Origin: Patescibacteria group bacterium
GTDB taxonomy: Bacteria; Patescibacteriota; Patescibacteriia; UBA11705; DATKZF01
Reading direction: 5' to 3'
DNA length: 64,000 nucleotides
Assembly: GCA_049319825.1 (NCBI GenBank)
Contig: JBMORT010000002.1
Location: 271,230 to 335,229 of the forward strand
The stretch's first letter is position 1. Each line of letters begins with the position of its first letter. The position numbers and the translations under genes were made by a program. Of this stretch, positions 1 through 9,803 are shown piece after piece. The notes beneath the pieces are model-generated. The model saw only the letters and a list, made by a program, of their open reading frames with translations. It was not told where the DNA came from and searched no databases.

Positions 1-807
1 ACCGACGCTGACGCGGGTAAAATAATTCGCATCGGCTTCACTCGCGATAATCAGTTGTTTTACGTGGCCGGAACTTTCAATACCGGCTTGAATCGTTTTC
101 GCACCATCGAATTCATACCCCTGGAAGATTGCGCGGGCGCCGCATTGAATTCATGCGGTGAAATTCCGAAATGCTTGCCCAAAGGGGTTACGGTGACTCC
201 CTATATCAGATCGGCCAGCGTGCAAAACGGATTGACCGCGTTTCCGTTCGATGGACTGGTAGACACGGCCGGCAATTCGCTCGATGGCAATTACGATGGC
301 CAATCACAAGGTCCCAGCGCCGATGATTTTTCCTGGTCTTTTGAAACCAGCTCGGTTTTGGATTTGACGCCGCCCGTTATCGACAGCACCGAACCGTCCA
401 ATGTGCAGGGCGAGGTGGCCGTGGACGCGCCGGTTATCGCCGATTTTAACGAAGGGCTGAGCGCCGCCAGCGCTTCCAGCCGCAATGTGTTTCTGACCGG
501 TGACCATTGGTCCAAATGGTATGTTGTTCATTTTGAAAATGTTCAAGCCGCACCGGATGAAAACGGACAATCAACCACCACGACCAATAATGATGTTTTG
601 GTGATATCACACGGTGATTTTGATAAAGCGCCTGAACCGGTCGAAGGACAAATCGCCAATCCATATAAATATTATCCCATAATCACCAATAGAATCCGTG
701 ATCTGCAGCAGAATTGTTATTACCCGTGCGCCGGTCCGGGCTGCGCTTCGCCAAACCCTTCATGTTGTCAGGGACAAAGCCAAGCCGCGCCCGGCTGCGG
801 ATTTTGA
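1..807 (+). CDS. C-terminal fragment of a large secreted Cys-rich protein that continues upstream of the window
   Basis: Frame 1 is open from nt 1 with no stop until 807. The Cys-rich tail NCYYPCAGPGCASPNPSCCQGQ resembles the neighbouring giant surface proteins. Confidence 0.5.
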   Translation, partial: TDADAGKIIRIGFTRDNQLFYVAGTFNTGLNRFRTIEFIPLEDCAGAALNSCGEIPKCLPKGVTVTPYIRSASVQNGLTAFPFDGLVDTAGNSLDGNYDGQSQGPSADDFSWSFETSSVLDLTPPVIDSTEPSNVQGEVAVDAPVIADFNEGLSAASASSRNVFLTGDHWSKWYVVHFENVQAAPDENGQSTTTTNNDVLVISHGDFDKAPEPVEGQIANPYKYYPIITNRIRDLQQNCYYPCAGPGCASPNPSCCQGQSQAAPGCGF

Positions 808-875
808 GTAACCTGTCTTAGACCGGCTTGGGATAAATTATTTTCTGCCAGCCGATCAATCTACCAAACTGCGTT

Positions 876-3800
876 ATGAATAGATCTTGGAAAAATAAAA
901 TTCTGATCGCGGCGCTATTTTTAGTGGTCGGTGTTTTGCTATGTTCAACTTTTGTTTTGGCTCAGGGCGATTTGGGCGCCACCGAAGTGGCGGGCGAAGC
1001 TGGCTTGGCCGGCGAAGCTGATCCGCGAATTATCATCGCCCGAATCATCAGAATAGTCTTTGGTTTTTTGGGGGTGATCGCTCTGGCTTTGGTGATCTAT
1101 GGCGGATTCGTTTGGATGACCGCCGGCGGCGATCCGGAGCAAGTGTCTAAGGCCAAAAAAATATTGGTCAACGCGTTAATTGGTTTGGCCATTATTTTGC
1201 TGGCGTTTTCCATCACTTCCTTCATCATTAATCGGCTCGAAGAAGCCGCCGGTTTGGGCGTTCAGGAATTTCAGCCGGGCGATGGGGAGGGCGGAATCCC
1301 CGGTGGCGGCGGACCGGGATCATTCAAAGTTAAAAGTATTCAGCCCATGGGCAGTATTCCCATCAGAAACGTGGCTGTTCGTCTGACATTTAATGATAAA
1401 ATCGATCCGAATACCGCTCAAAACGCCGTCAGCGTGGTTCGAACCAGCGATGGGCAGCCTGTGCAAGGACAGTTATCAGCGGCAAAATACAACTTAACAT
1501 TTATTCCGAATTCACCTTGTCCCGAGCCGAATCAGAATTTATTTTGCTTTGACGCCAACACCGCCTATACCGTTCGGGTCAGCTCTCAATTAAAAAATTT
1601 GGGCGGCGATAATTTGTCATGCGGCATCGCCAGCGTTTGCCAAGCGGAATTTACCACCGGTGAGCTGGTGGATACGGCCGCGCCCGGGGTGTCCTTAACC
1701 TCGCCTTACAATAATCAAGCCATCAGCGAGTTTTCGTTTTTTACTTTGACCGCCGACACCAATGACGACAGCGGCATTTCCGCGGTTGAGTTTTACGTGG
1801 ACGATCAATTGGTTGGCGCCGACGGGCCGCTGGAGGCGTCGACCGCTTTTTTGGCGCAGTTGGAATGGGATAACAGCGATTTCGATCGCGGTAATCACAG
1901 CGTGTACGCGAAAGCCTACGATTTGGATGATAATGAAACCCAATCAAGTTCCAAAAATTTTCGAATATTGGCTGAACACTGCTTTGACGGTCAGCGAAAT
2001 TTCGATGAAACCGGCGTGGATTGCGGCGGCGCTGATTGTTCTGGTTGTGACGGCGATAATTGTTTAACAGATACAGATTGCGCTACGGGCATTTGCTCCG
2101 CCGGCGTTTGCAGCAGCTACCCGACGATTACCGGCGTGTCCGGTGAAATCGGGGCGGCCGGCAATTTGCTGACCATTTGGGGCAGCGGTTTTGGCGGTTA
2201 TTTGTCCGGATCCAGCAAAGTCGAGTTTTCCGGAGCCGGACAAGGGCTGATTGAAGCCGGAGTGGCGTGTGATGATCAGTTTAGCTGGACGAGCACTCAG
2301 GTGGTCGTTAAAGTGCCGACCGACGCCCAAACCGGCGCCATCAAATTGACCAATCGCGACGGCTACTGGGATGACACGGCCAATGACCGCGGCTGGATCG
2401 GCGAATACACCATTGATCCGGTTTTGGTTTGGCCGGGTTTATGCTCGGTCGTCAATTCGGAGAGCGGCTTGCCCGAAGGGCGGTTTCAAGACACGGCTCG
2501 CGCCAGCGGCGAAAACATGGGCCAAAACGGACAGGTGCTGTTCGGCACATATTCAGCCAGCTTTTCCGGCGATTGGAACGATGATCAGATTGCCGGCATT
2601 GAAATTCCCAATATCGATAACGGCCGGACACTGGTTAGAATTTTGGTAGGCGAGCGATTCAGCAATCCTTTTGAATTTACCATATTATCGGCGCAAACAT
2701 TGCCGCAAATTTTAGAAATCGATCCGACCAGCGGCGGTGTCGGTCAATATGTGACCATCAAGGGATCCAATTTCGGCAGCTCACCGATTCCTGTTTTTTT
2801 CATCGCTCAAGACGGCACCGAATATCTGGCGGATACCAGCTTCCCAGACGGTTGTACTGACGGTTTATGGTCAGACAATGAAATTTTGGTGAAAGTGCCT
2901 CAGGCGCCGGCATCGAATTACGCCGTGTTGATTAGGGGCGCGGAGATCGAAAGCAATACCGTGCCTTTTACCATCACCAATCAGGCGCCCGCTCCGGGCA
3001 TTTGCCAAATGACTCCGAACAACGGTCCGATCGGCACTTTGGTCGATGTTTATGGCGAGCGGCTCGGGCCTGACGGCAAATTTATTTTTTCCAATAATAT
3101 CGAGGCCGGTATATCCAATGCGACGTCCGATACATATTTTCGCACACAGGTGGCGCCGCTGGCCGTGTCTGGCTCGGCTTATTACCGTTCCGCAGACAAC
3201 CAAGGCAGCAATTCAATGAATTTCTCTGTCGGCTCCTGCCAGGTCGGTTCATGTCCGACCGGAGCAGAGTGTTGCGCTGACGGCGTCTGCCGCGCCAGCG
3301 GCGCGTGCGAGGCGGCGATCAGCGCCGGCAGCTGCGAATATGGCTGGATGTTCAGCACCGGTCAGCTGCCGCTGATTCCGCAGGTGATAGAGGATCAAAC
3401 CTGCGACGACGATCACAATCAGTCGCCATCGCCATGGAAAAATTCAGTGGATGCCTGCACCAACGCTTTGATCGGCGCCAGGTTCAACATGGAAATGCAG
3501 CTGAGCGGCGTTATCTCAAAGCTTAGAGTCGAACGCTGTAGAAATCAAAATGAAACTTGTTCCTTTAACCGGTGTGATCTTTTAGACTCCGATTGTCTGA
3601 TCGAAACCATCGACAGTATCAGCCCCGGAGATAAATTGAGCAATTATTTTGTGATAAATTCAGTCAGCGGCGCCAACACGCTGCTGGCCAATATGAATTA
3701 TCGTGTGACCATACTCGGCGGCGAAGATGCGGGCATCAAAGGCGAAAACGGCATCGCCCTGCCCAAAGATTACAGCTGGCAGTTTAAAACCCAAAATAGT

Positions 3801-6800
3801 CCGTGCGAAATCGCCAATGTGATTTTGGAGCCTTCAAAAACAACAATCAAAGAATATTTGGGACAAAAAATATTTTCAGTTTACGGACAGTCGGAAAATT
3901 GCAACATACTAAACGTCGCCAATTTTAATTGGAACTGGTCAATTTCCCAAACCGGCAATAAAGCGGTCATCGTTTCGACCGAAAATGAGAAAGCCACTGT
4001 CGAAGCTCGAGAAGAAACGGCGCCCAATCAACCGGCGGTGGTTCAGGCGTCGGCGCTGGTGCCGCAAACCGGCGCCAGTCAATCGGACACCGCGGATTTG
4101 ACCATTGATTTTACCGACCCCAGGGTCATTGATTACGGCCCGAATTGCGATTCCGCCTGCATCAATACGCTGGTTTGGGCCAAGTTTAACACGGCAATGC
4201 CCGATCGGCAGGCGCGTGAGGCGATTTCCGTTTATGAATGCGAAGCCAAGCAATGCGCCGCGTTCAGCCAAATCCAGCGAAACAGATTCAACGTTGAATA
4301 TAATCAGGCGGAGAAAACGCTGTATGTTTTTGGCCGCGGCGGATTTGTTTTTTCGCCCAATAGATATTACCGCGTGGCCATTTCCTCGGCGCTCCAAAGC
4401 CTTAGCGGCGTCAATTTGGCCGGTTTGAATTTTGACCTCAATAAAGACGGCATCAATGATTCATTCTCGTGGGTGTTCAAAACCAAAAATGACGTCACGC
4501 TATGCGATATGGAAAGCGCCAAGGTTAATCCGGCTGTTTACGAAAGCACGGAGCCGGGAGAAAAGATAGGTTATGTGGTTGAAGCGGTCGGTACGCCGGA
4601 CGAATGCAACCCCAACGGTCAAAAAATCAATCCTTATATTTTCAATTGGAGCTGGACCAGCTCAAACGCCACTGTCGCCGAAATCACCGGCGAGCTTTTC
4701 AGCTCCGAATTCCCGAAAGACGTGTGTTCCGATAATTGTTTAAATATCGGCTCGGATAAGGTGGCGGCCATTTGCGGTAACGGCATTATTGAATACGGCG
4801 AAGAATGCGATGATTCCAATACCGATACCGGCGACGGCTGCGCTCCGATTTGTTTGCATGAGCCCGTAACCGATGTCAGCAACAATGGCACCTGCGGCAA
4901 CGGCATCATTGATCCGGCGGCGGGGGAGGAGTGCGACTATGCGCTCAATCCGGATATTTGCACCGCGGTTTGTCAGCGAGCCGGATCTTTTTTCAGCGGG
5001 TATGAATGCGGCAATGGCGGCAATCCCGAACCGGGAGAAGATTGCGACGACGGCAATCGCACCAATGGCGACGGCTGCAGCTCCAATTGCTTATTTGAAG
5101 GCAGTAAATACACCGCCCAGCAGGCGGAATCGGTTTCTCTTTGCGGCAATGGCGGCAATCCCGAACCGGGAGAAGATTGCGACGATGGCAATACTGATAA
5201 TGGCGATGGCTGTTCGGCGCGCTGTCTGGCCGAAGGGAGCGCGAATACCTGCGGCAATGGCGTTATCGATAATGGCGAAAATTGCGATGATAATAATACC
5301 GTCAATGGCGATGGGTGCTCGGCGCGTTGTTTGCTTGAGGGATCCAGCTGGTCTTACGGCTCATTTTGCGGCAATTCATCGCTGGAAACCGGTGAAGCTT
5401 GTGAAGCGGCCGTTGGCAGTGAGCTAAGGGGATCGCCGGTTCAGCTGGCGGAAGTCATCGGCTCTTTCAGCCCCCTGATCAATTCGGATTCGACCGATAT
5501 TACCGCGCGCGCCAAAAATATTGCGGGGCAATCAAAAGAAGACAGCGGACGCTTGACATACACTCGCAGCACTTGCCAAGCCATTCCGGAATCATTTACC
5601 ACCGCGCCGGTCGGCACCGCTGTTTGCCGCAATGCGGCGATTCAGCTGACTGTCAATCAGCCGGTGCAGATATCGGGCATCGCCGACGCCATTAACATCA
5701 CTTATCCTTGCGGCACGCTGACGCTGCTTGATAAAATAAAGTCATTTTTCGCAGATATCAAAAATAAAATAATCAGCCGGGCCAATGCTCAGGCGGTCGG
5801 TGAAACGATTGAATACAGCGGCACCGTCACCGCCATCGCCTTTACGCGCGGTGAGGTTAATTTTTCCGTTTATGATCAGGGACGGGAGATAAGATCAGTT
5901 GTTGACCGAGCATTGGTGCCCAGTACAGTTTGGGAGCTAGCCCAGCAGATAGATAATGGGGTGTCGGTACGGGTGATCGGCACGGTGACGCAAAACGTGC
6001 CGGCGGAAAATCGAATCTACGTTCAGGTAAATAATCTGGAACGAATCATCGTACAGCGACCGCCGTTCGTGCCCCAATTACCCAGACCCAGAGGCGTTTG
6101 CAGCGTGCCGCTCCGCGATATCAATGTACTCTACGATTCCCAATCAAGCACTAGCACGATAACCATATATCCGGAAGGGCTTTTAGCAGAAAACACCACC
6201 TATACCGTCGACTACTCGGGCTTGCGCGACCATTGCGGCACTTTGTTCGGTAATAATTCATATATGTTTACCACCGGCGATCTTGGCAATATTTGTCGAC
6301 TGGACTATGTTGACGTGGTTCCGGGTGACTTGCTGGTGACCAGCAGAAACGCCGAAACGGATTATCAGGCGTTTGCCAGAAGTCAGTCGCTTGATGCGCC
6401 GATTAATCCGGTCCCTGGAATTTACGATTGGAATTGGAGCTGGCGGTTGGCGACTGATTTAGATGATGTCACTTTGCAGGACAATTTCATCGGTTTAATT
6501 TTTGGCGGCAGTGACGATAAAAAAACACTAAAGACCGGGACATCGAACGGGCAGGCCACCGTGTTCGCCGAAGCCTCCGTTAGCAGCAGCAATTACGGCG
6601 ATGCCGGTAAAACAGTTGAAGGATTGGGAAATGTCACCATATTTGTTTGCGAGAATTTATGGATCGGTGAACAGTTTGATCCGATCATCAATGGCGTTTG
6701 GCAAAACTCGACGTTTAATTTTAAAACTTTTTACTGCCGCGACGCCGGTAATCCGGGTCCGGAGGGCGATTTACCAGATTTGAAAATCATCGAGGCTCCC

Positions 6801-7691
6801 GGCTTTCAGGGCGATCCGTGGGCGGTGTCTGACCCGGTGGTGGTCAAAGAATATTTTTTGCTCAGAACCACGGACACTATCACTCCGGACGCAATCGCGG
6901 TCCGAGTGTATCCGAATTTGGAAGGCGTGGCGCCGAGCATCTGGTATGATTTGCACGCGCCCAATCCCGGCCAGTACCAGCAATTGGACATCAGCTGCAC
7001 CGCGGATGAAAACGGCGCGCAATTTTGCTATCAGGCGGTCCAAGATAATCGCACCGTTTATGTGTCGGCCGCTAATTTTATCAGTGGAATTCCCGGTTTA
7101 CCGGTGCTCAGCCGTTTTTACGATAATGTGTTCGTAATTTCGTACAGCGAGAACTCGAATCCGGAAACCGTGGCCATTTTCAGCCAACTTCTGGAAAATT
7201 TGAAATTCAACACCAACCAGCAATCAGGTGAAACAATCAATAAAATCAAGCGCGATCTAAAGCGGTTTCACGATATTACCTTTATTCGCAGCTTGATAAA
7301 CACCTATCGCAGTCAGAATGGTCGCTGGCCGCTGTTGGCCGCTGATGGTCAATATGTCGCCGGTACTTATGCGGGCGGGCAGTCGATCAGCACGTGGCCG
7401 TCTTGGAACGCTGTTTTTGGCAATGTGCTCGGCTCTTCCCTGCCGCAAGATCCGATCAATAATTTTGGCCTGGCCTGCACCCCGCCCAGCCCGGAAAAAT
7501 ACGATCAGCTGACGTGCTATAATTCCCAAGATCAAATTTTTTATGGCGATTACGACGCGTCGCTGGCCAACGTTTACGATTATCGTCTAACAGATAATAA
7601 TCAATCATTTGAAATTAAATTCAATCCGGAATTGTATACCGCGCTTCGGTATCCGGACATTTGCGCCTTGAGCGGCGTGGTTTGCCAATAA
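876..7691 (+). CDS. Giant (2271 aa) secreted/surface protein. Signal peptide, TrbC/VirB2-like pilin-type N-terminal two-helix domain, IPT/TIG-like and Ig-like domains, six Cys-rich DUF4215-type repeats.
   Basis: One uninterrupted 6.8-kb ORF. N-terminal MNRSWKNKILIAALFLVVGVLL followed by the hydrophobic segment GGFVWMTAGGDPEQVSKAKKILVNALIGLAIILLAFSI. Recurring xTGVSGxIGxxGxxLTIxGSxFG (IPT-like) units. CGNGxxExGEECDDxNxxxGDGC units. Confidence 0.8.
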   Translation: MNRSWKNKILIAALFLVVGVLLCSTFVLAQGDLGATEVAGEAGLAGEADPRIIIARIIRIVFGFLGVIALALVIYGGFVWMTAGGDPEQVSKAKKILVNALIGLAIILLAFSITSFIINRLEEAAGLGVQEFQPGDGEGGIPGGGGPGSFKVKSIQPMGSIPIRNVAVRLTFNDKIDPNTAQNAVSVVRTSDGQPVQGQLSAAKYNLTFIPNSPCPEPNQNLFCFDANTAYTVRVSSQLKNLGGDNLSCGIASVCQAEFTTGELVDTAAPGVSLTSPYNNQAISEFSFFTLTADTNDDSGISAVEFYVDDQLVGADGPLEASTAFLAQLEWDNSDFDRGNHSVYAKAYDLDDNETQSSSKNFRILAEHCFDGQRNFDETGVDCGGADCSGCDGDNCLTDTDCATGICSAGVCSSYPTITGVSGEIGAAGNLLTIWGSGFGGYLSGSSKVEFSGAGQGLIEAGVACDDQFSWTSTQVVVKVPTDAQTGAIKLTNRDGYWDDTANDRGWIGEYTIDPVLVWPGLCSVVNSESGLPEGRFQDTARASGENMGQNGQVLFGTYSASFSGDWNDDQIAGIEIPNIDNGRTLVRILVGERFSNPFEFTILSAQTLPQILEIDPTSGGVGQYVTIKGSNFGSSPIPVFFIAQDGTEYLADTSFPDGCTDGLWSDNEILVKVPQAPASNYAVLIRGAEIESNTVPFTITNQAPAPGICQMTPNNGPIGTLVDVYGERLGPDGKFIFSNNIEAGISNATSDTYFRTQVAPLAVSGSAYYRSADNQGSNSMNFSVGSCQVGSCPTGAECCADGVCRASGACEAAISAGSCEYGWMFSTGQLPLIPQVIEDQTCDDDHNQSPSPWKNSVDACTNALIGARFNMEMQLSGVISKLRVERCRNQNETCSFNRCDLLDSDCLIETIDSISPGDKLSNYFVINSVSGANTLLANMNYRVTILGGEDAGIKGENGIALPKDYSWQFKTQNSPCEIANVILEPSKTTIKEYLGQKIFSVYGQSENCNILNVANFNWNWSISQTGNKAVIVSTENEKATVEAREETAPNQPAVVQASALVPQTGASQSDTADLTIDFTDPRVIDYGPNCDSACINTLVWAKFNTAMPDRQAREAISVYECEAKQCAAFSQIQRNRFNVEYNQAEKTLYVFGRGGFVFSPNRYYRVAISSALQSLSGVNLAGLNFDLNKDGINDSFSWVFKTKNDVTLCDMESAKVNPAVYESTEPGEKIGYVVEAVGTPDECNPNGQKINPYIFNWSWTSSNATVAEITGELFSSEFPKDVCSDNCLNIGSDKVAAICGNGIIEYGEECDDSNTDTGDGCAPICLHEPVTDVSNNGTCGNGIIDPAAGEECDYALNPDICTAVCQRAGSFFSGYECGNGGNPEPGEDCDDGNRTNGDGCSSNCLFEGSKYTAQQAESVSLCGNGGNPEPGEDCDDGNTDNGDGCSARCLAEGSANTCGNGVIDNGENCDDNNTVNGDGCSARCLLEGSSWSYGSFCGNSSLETGEACEAAVGSELRGSPVQLAEVIGSFSPLINSDSTDITARAKNIAGQSKEDSGRLTYTRSTCQAIPESFTTAPVGTAVCRNAAIQLTVNQPVQISGIADAINITYPCGTLTLLDKIKSFFADIKNKIISRANAQAVGETIEYSGTVTAIAFTRGEVNFSVYDQGREIRSVVDRALVPSTVWELAQQIDNGVSVRVIGTVTQNVPAENRIYVQVNNLERIIVQRPPFVPQLPRPRGVCSVPLRDINVLYDSQSSTSTITIYPEGLLAENTTYTVDYSGLRDHCGTLFGNNSYMFTTGDLGNICRLDYVDVVPGDLLVTSRNAETDYQAFARSQSLDAPINPVPGIYDWNWSWRLATDLDDVTLQDNFIGLIFGGSDDKKTLKTGTSNGQATVFAEASVSSSNYGDAGKTVEGLGNVTIFVCENLWIGEQFDPIINGVWQNSTFNFKTFYCRDAGNPGPEGDLPDLKIIEAPGFQGDPWAVSDPVVVKEYFLLRTTDTITPDAIAVRVYPNLEGVAPSIWYDLHAPNPGQYQQLDISCTADENGAQFCYQAVQDNRTVYVSAANFISGIPGLPVLSRFYDNVFVISYSENSNPETVAIFSQLLENLKFNTNQQSGETINKIKRDLKRFHDITFIRSLINTYRSQNGRWPLLAADGQYVAGTYAGGQSISTWPSWNAVFGNVLGSSLPQDPINNFGLACTPPSPEKYDQLTCYNSQDQIFYGDYDASLANVYDYRLTDNNQSFEIKFNPELYTALRYPDICALSGVVCQ
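4770..5400 (+). repeat. Tandem array of about six 46-codon Cys-rich repeats (CGNG..E.GE.CDDGN...GDGCS..C..EG; Myxococcus-type/DUF4215-like) inside the giant ORF
   Basis: Two units (about 5006-5056 and 5144-5194) are identical at 50 of 51 nt: tgcggcaatggcggcaatcccgaaccgggagaagattgcgacga(c/t)ggcaat. Confidence 0.8.
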
Positions 7692-7715
7692 ACAATTATT
7701 AATAATCATATATTT

Positions 7716-8381
7716 ATGCCTCAGCTACCAAATCAAACCGCCGGCGATCAGCCGGTAGACATATTTGCCGACATTGAACCGGCCGCCAGCGCGGCGCCGA
7801 GCCCAAATTCGTCGGCCATTGGCGCCGCGCCCGCGCCCAGCGGCGATCAACCGATTACCATGAAAGCGGCCGCCGGTCCAAGCGCCGGCAAAAAAGCGGC
7901 GGTTGTTATTTTAATGATTGTCTTTATTGCAATAATTGCCGGAGTAGGGTACTTTATTTATACCAGATACATCGCGGCGCCGGCTCCGGCATCGCCATCA
8001 CCGATAGTGCCGGAAAGCCCGGCCGCCCCGACCATTGAACCGGAAATCACTACGCCGGCCGTACTGCCGTTGGCCACGACCGAACAGGCGGCCACGACCG
8101 AAACGGAATTGACGCCAACTGCCGTTGACACTGACAACGATCGTTTAACCGACAGCGAAGAAAGAACGCTGGGGACCGATATTGAAGCCATCGATACCGA
8201 TAACGACGGCCTGACCGATTACGAAGAAGTGAAAATATATAAAACCGATCCGCTTGATCCCGATTCCGACGATGATGGCTACAAAGATGGCGAAGAGGTT
8301 GCCGGCGGCTATGATCCAAACAACGCCACCAAGGGCGCCAGATTGCCGGGAATCCCGGTCGAACCAAATGTGATTGAATAA
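7716..8381 (+). CDS. Membrane-anchored protein with Ala/Pro-rich N-terminal region, one TM helix and three thrombospondin type-3-like Ca-binding repeats
   Basis: TM segment AAVVILMIVFIAIIAGVGYFIY. Repeats DTDNDRLTDSEE, DTDNDGLTDYEE and DPDSDDDGYKDGEE. Confidence 0.6.
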   Translation: MPQLPNQTAGDQPVDIFADIEPAASAAPSPNSSAIGAAPAPSGDQPITMKAAAGPSAGKKAAVVILMIVFIAIIAGVGYFIYTRYIAAPAPASPSPIVPESPAAPTIEPEITTPAVLPLATTEQAATTETELTPTAVDTDNDRLTDSEERTLGTDIEAIDTDNDGLTDYEEVKIYKTDPLDPDSDDDGYKDGEEVAGGYDPNNATKGARLPGIPVEPNVIE

Positions 8382-8394
8382 TTAATTTTATATT

Positions 8395-9396
8395 ATGAAT
8401 GCACAAAAAGGCACTGAAGAAATTCATGTCATGCCCAAGTCTGAAAAGGGAGGGGTAACCAAACCGGCTGTTTCCAGAGCGCCTTTGCCGCCCGTAAAAA
8501 CCGCTGGCGCGACCGAACCGGATGGCGGTCGTTCCTGGACGAAAGTCGTGCTGGTAATATTCATTTTGGCGCTGATCGCCGCGTCGGCTTATTTTCTGTA
8601 CAGCGCTTATGCGCCGTCATCATCGGAAAATCAGTCAACAGATCAGCAGTCAAATCAAAATTCAAATCAGACGCCGGCCACATCGGAAACCACCGATAAC
8701 AATCAAACCACGCCCAATCAGCCGGAGCAGCCGACAGCGACCGATGACGCCACACCGACATCAGTGCCCGGGTCAAAAAATGATTTTGAGTTTGGTACGG
8801 TCAAAGAACTGAATTTGGACATGGCCTCATCAAAGGATACCGACAAAGACAAGCTGACCGATGTCGAAGAAAGTTTGTTCGGCACGTCTATCGAAAATTT
8901 CGATAGCGACGGCGACACCTTCGGCGACGGTGAGGAAGTCATTCATTTGTACGATCCGAAAAAAGGCGATGGCGCCAAACTGTACGATAGCGCCTCGGTG
9001 CGGAGTTATGTCAATGACAATTATCAATACGCGGTACTTTATCCGGCGGCGTGGCTAGCGAAAAGTACGGATAAGTCCGATTCGGAGGTGGTCTTTACCT
9101 CTGCCAATAATGAATTCGTTTCCGTCTGGGTTGAGGAAAATACCCAGCGGCTCGAATTAAAAGATTGGTACGTCAAGCAAGCGCCCAATATAGCTCCTGA
9201 TGACATGCTGGAATTTCGGAATCAGAAGGGATTGACCGGCCTGAAAAGTCCGGATGGCTATACCATGTATTTTGCCAATAATGGCCTTATTTACATTTTG
9301 CATTATAATATCGGATTGAAATCGGCAGCTGACTACCCGGGAGTGTTTAAAATGATGATTGAGAGCTTTGATTTTATCCGAAACGAACAGGGATGA
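8395..9396 (+). CDS. Membrane-anchored TSP3-repeat protein (paralog of 7716..8381) with a C-terminal globular domain
   Basis: TM segment VVLVIFILALIAASAYFLY. Q/N/T-rich linker. Repeats DTDKDKLTDVEE and DSDGDTFGDGEE. Confidence 0.6.
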   Translation: MNAQKGTEEIHVMPKSEKGGVTKPAVSRAPLPPVKTAGATEPDGGRSWTKVVLVIFILALIAASAYFLYSAYAPSSSENQSTDQQSNQNSNQTPATSETTDNNQTTPNQPEQPTATDDATPTSVPGSKNDFEFGTVKELNLDMASSKDTDKDKLTDVEESLFGTSIENFDSDGDTFGDGEEVIHLYDPKKGDGAKLYDSASVRSYVNDNYQYAVLYPAAWLAKSTDKSDSEVVFTSANNEFVSVWVEENTQRLELKDWYVKQAPNIAPDDMLEFRNQKGLTGLKSPDGYTMYFANNGLIYILHYNIGLKSAADYPGVFKMMIESFDFIRNEQG

Positions 9397-9800
9397 TCAA
9401 ACTTGAGATAAATAATAGAACCGGCCGGACGATTTTTTTATCCAAATTGCTTGACGCGGCTCAAAGGACGTCCGCAATACAAAAGGTTCGTCAATCGCGC
9501 CGAGTATCAGTGGCCTTGGTGAATAATCGTGAAATTCAAAAGTTAAACAAACGGTATCGGGGAAAAAACAAGCCCACAGATGTTTTATCATTTGCGCTCG
9601 AGACGCCCGATTTGGGAGAAATCGTCATCTCCTTGCCGGAAGCCGTAAAATCCGCCAGCCGATTGGGACATTCCTGGCATCGGGAAATGCAATTTTTGTT
9701 GGTTCACGGCTTATTGCACCTTTTGGGGTATGACCATGAAACCGCGCGTGATCGCCGGCGAATGGAAGCCGTCCAAGATAAAATAATGTCCGCTTTATAA
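9393..9800 (+). CDS. ybeY: Endoribonuclease YbeY (rRNA maturation factor)
   Basis: Metal-binding motif HGLLHLLGYDHE (H-x3-H-x5-H). Length 135 aa. Overlaps the upstream gene by 4 nt. Confidence 0.85.
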   Translation: MIKLEINNRTGRTIFLSKLLDAAQRTSAIQKVRQSRRVSVALVNNREIQKLNKRYRGKNKPTDVLSFALETPDLGEIVISLPEAVKSASRLGHSWHREMQFLLVHGLLHLLGYDHETARDRRRMEAVQDKIMSAL

Positions 9801-9803
9801 TTT

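Noticed and set aside
4770-5400. CRISPR-like array
   Set aside because: The repeats are in-frame coding Cys-rich protein repeats with variable 'spacers' that encode conserved residues. No cas genes are present. There are no CRISPR arrays anywhere in the window.
4873-5427. ORF-track entries in other frames or on the opposite strand within the giant gene, including 4973..5305 (-)
   Set aside because: They lie entirely within the long, well-supported 2271-aa ORF. They have repeat-driven low-complexity translations (ALA/PLP-rich). These are shadow ORFs of a GC-rich repeat region.
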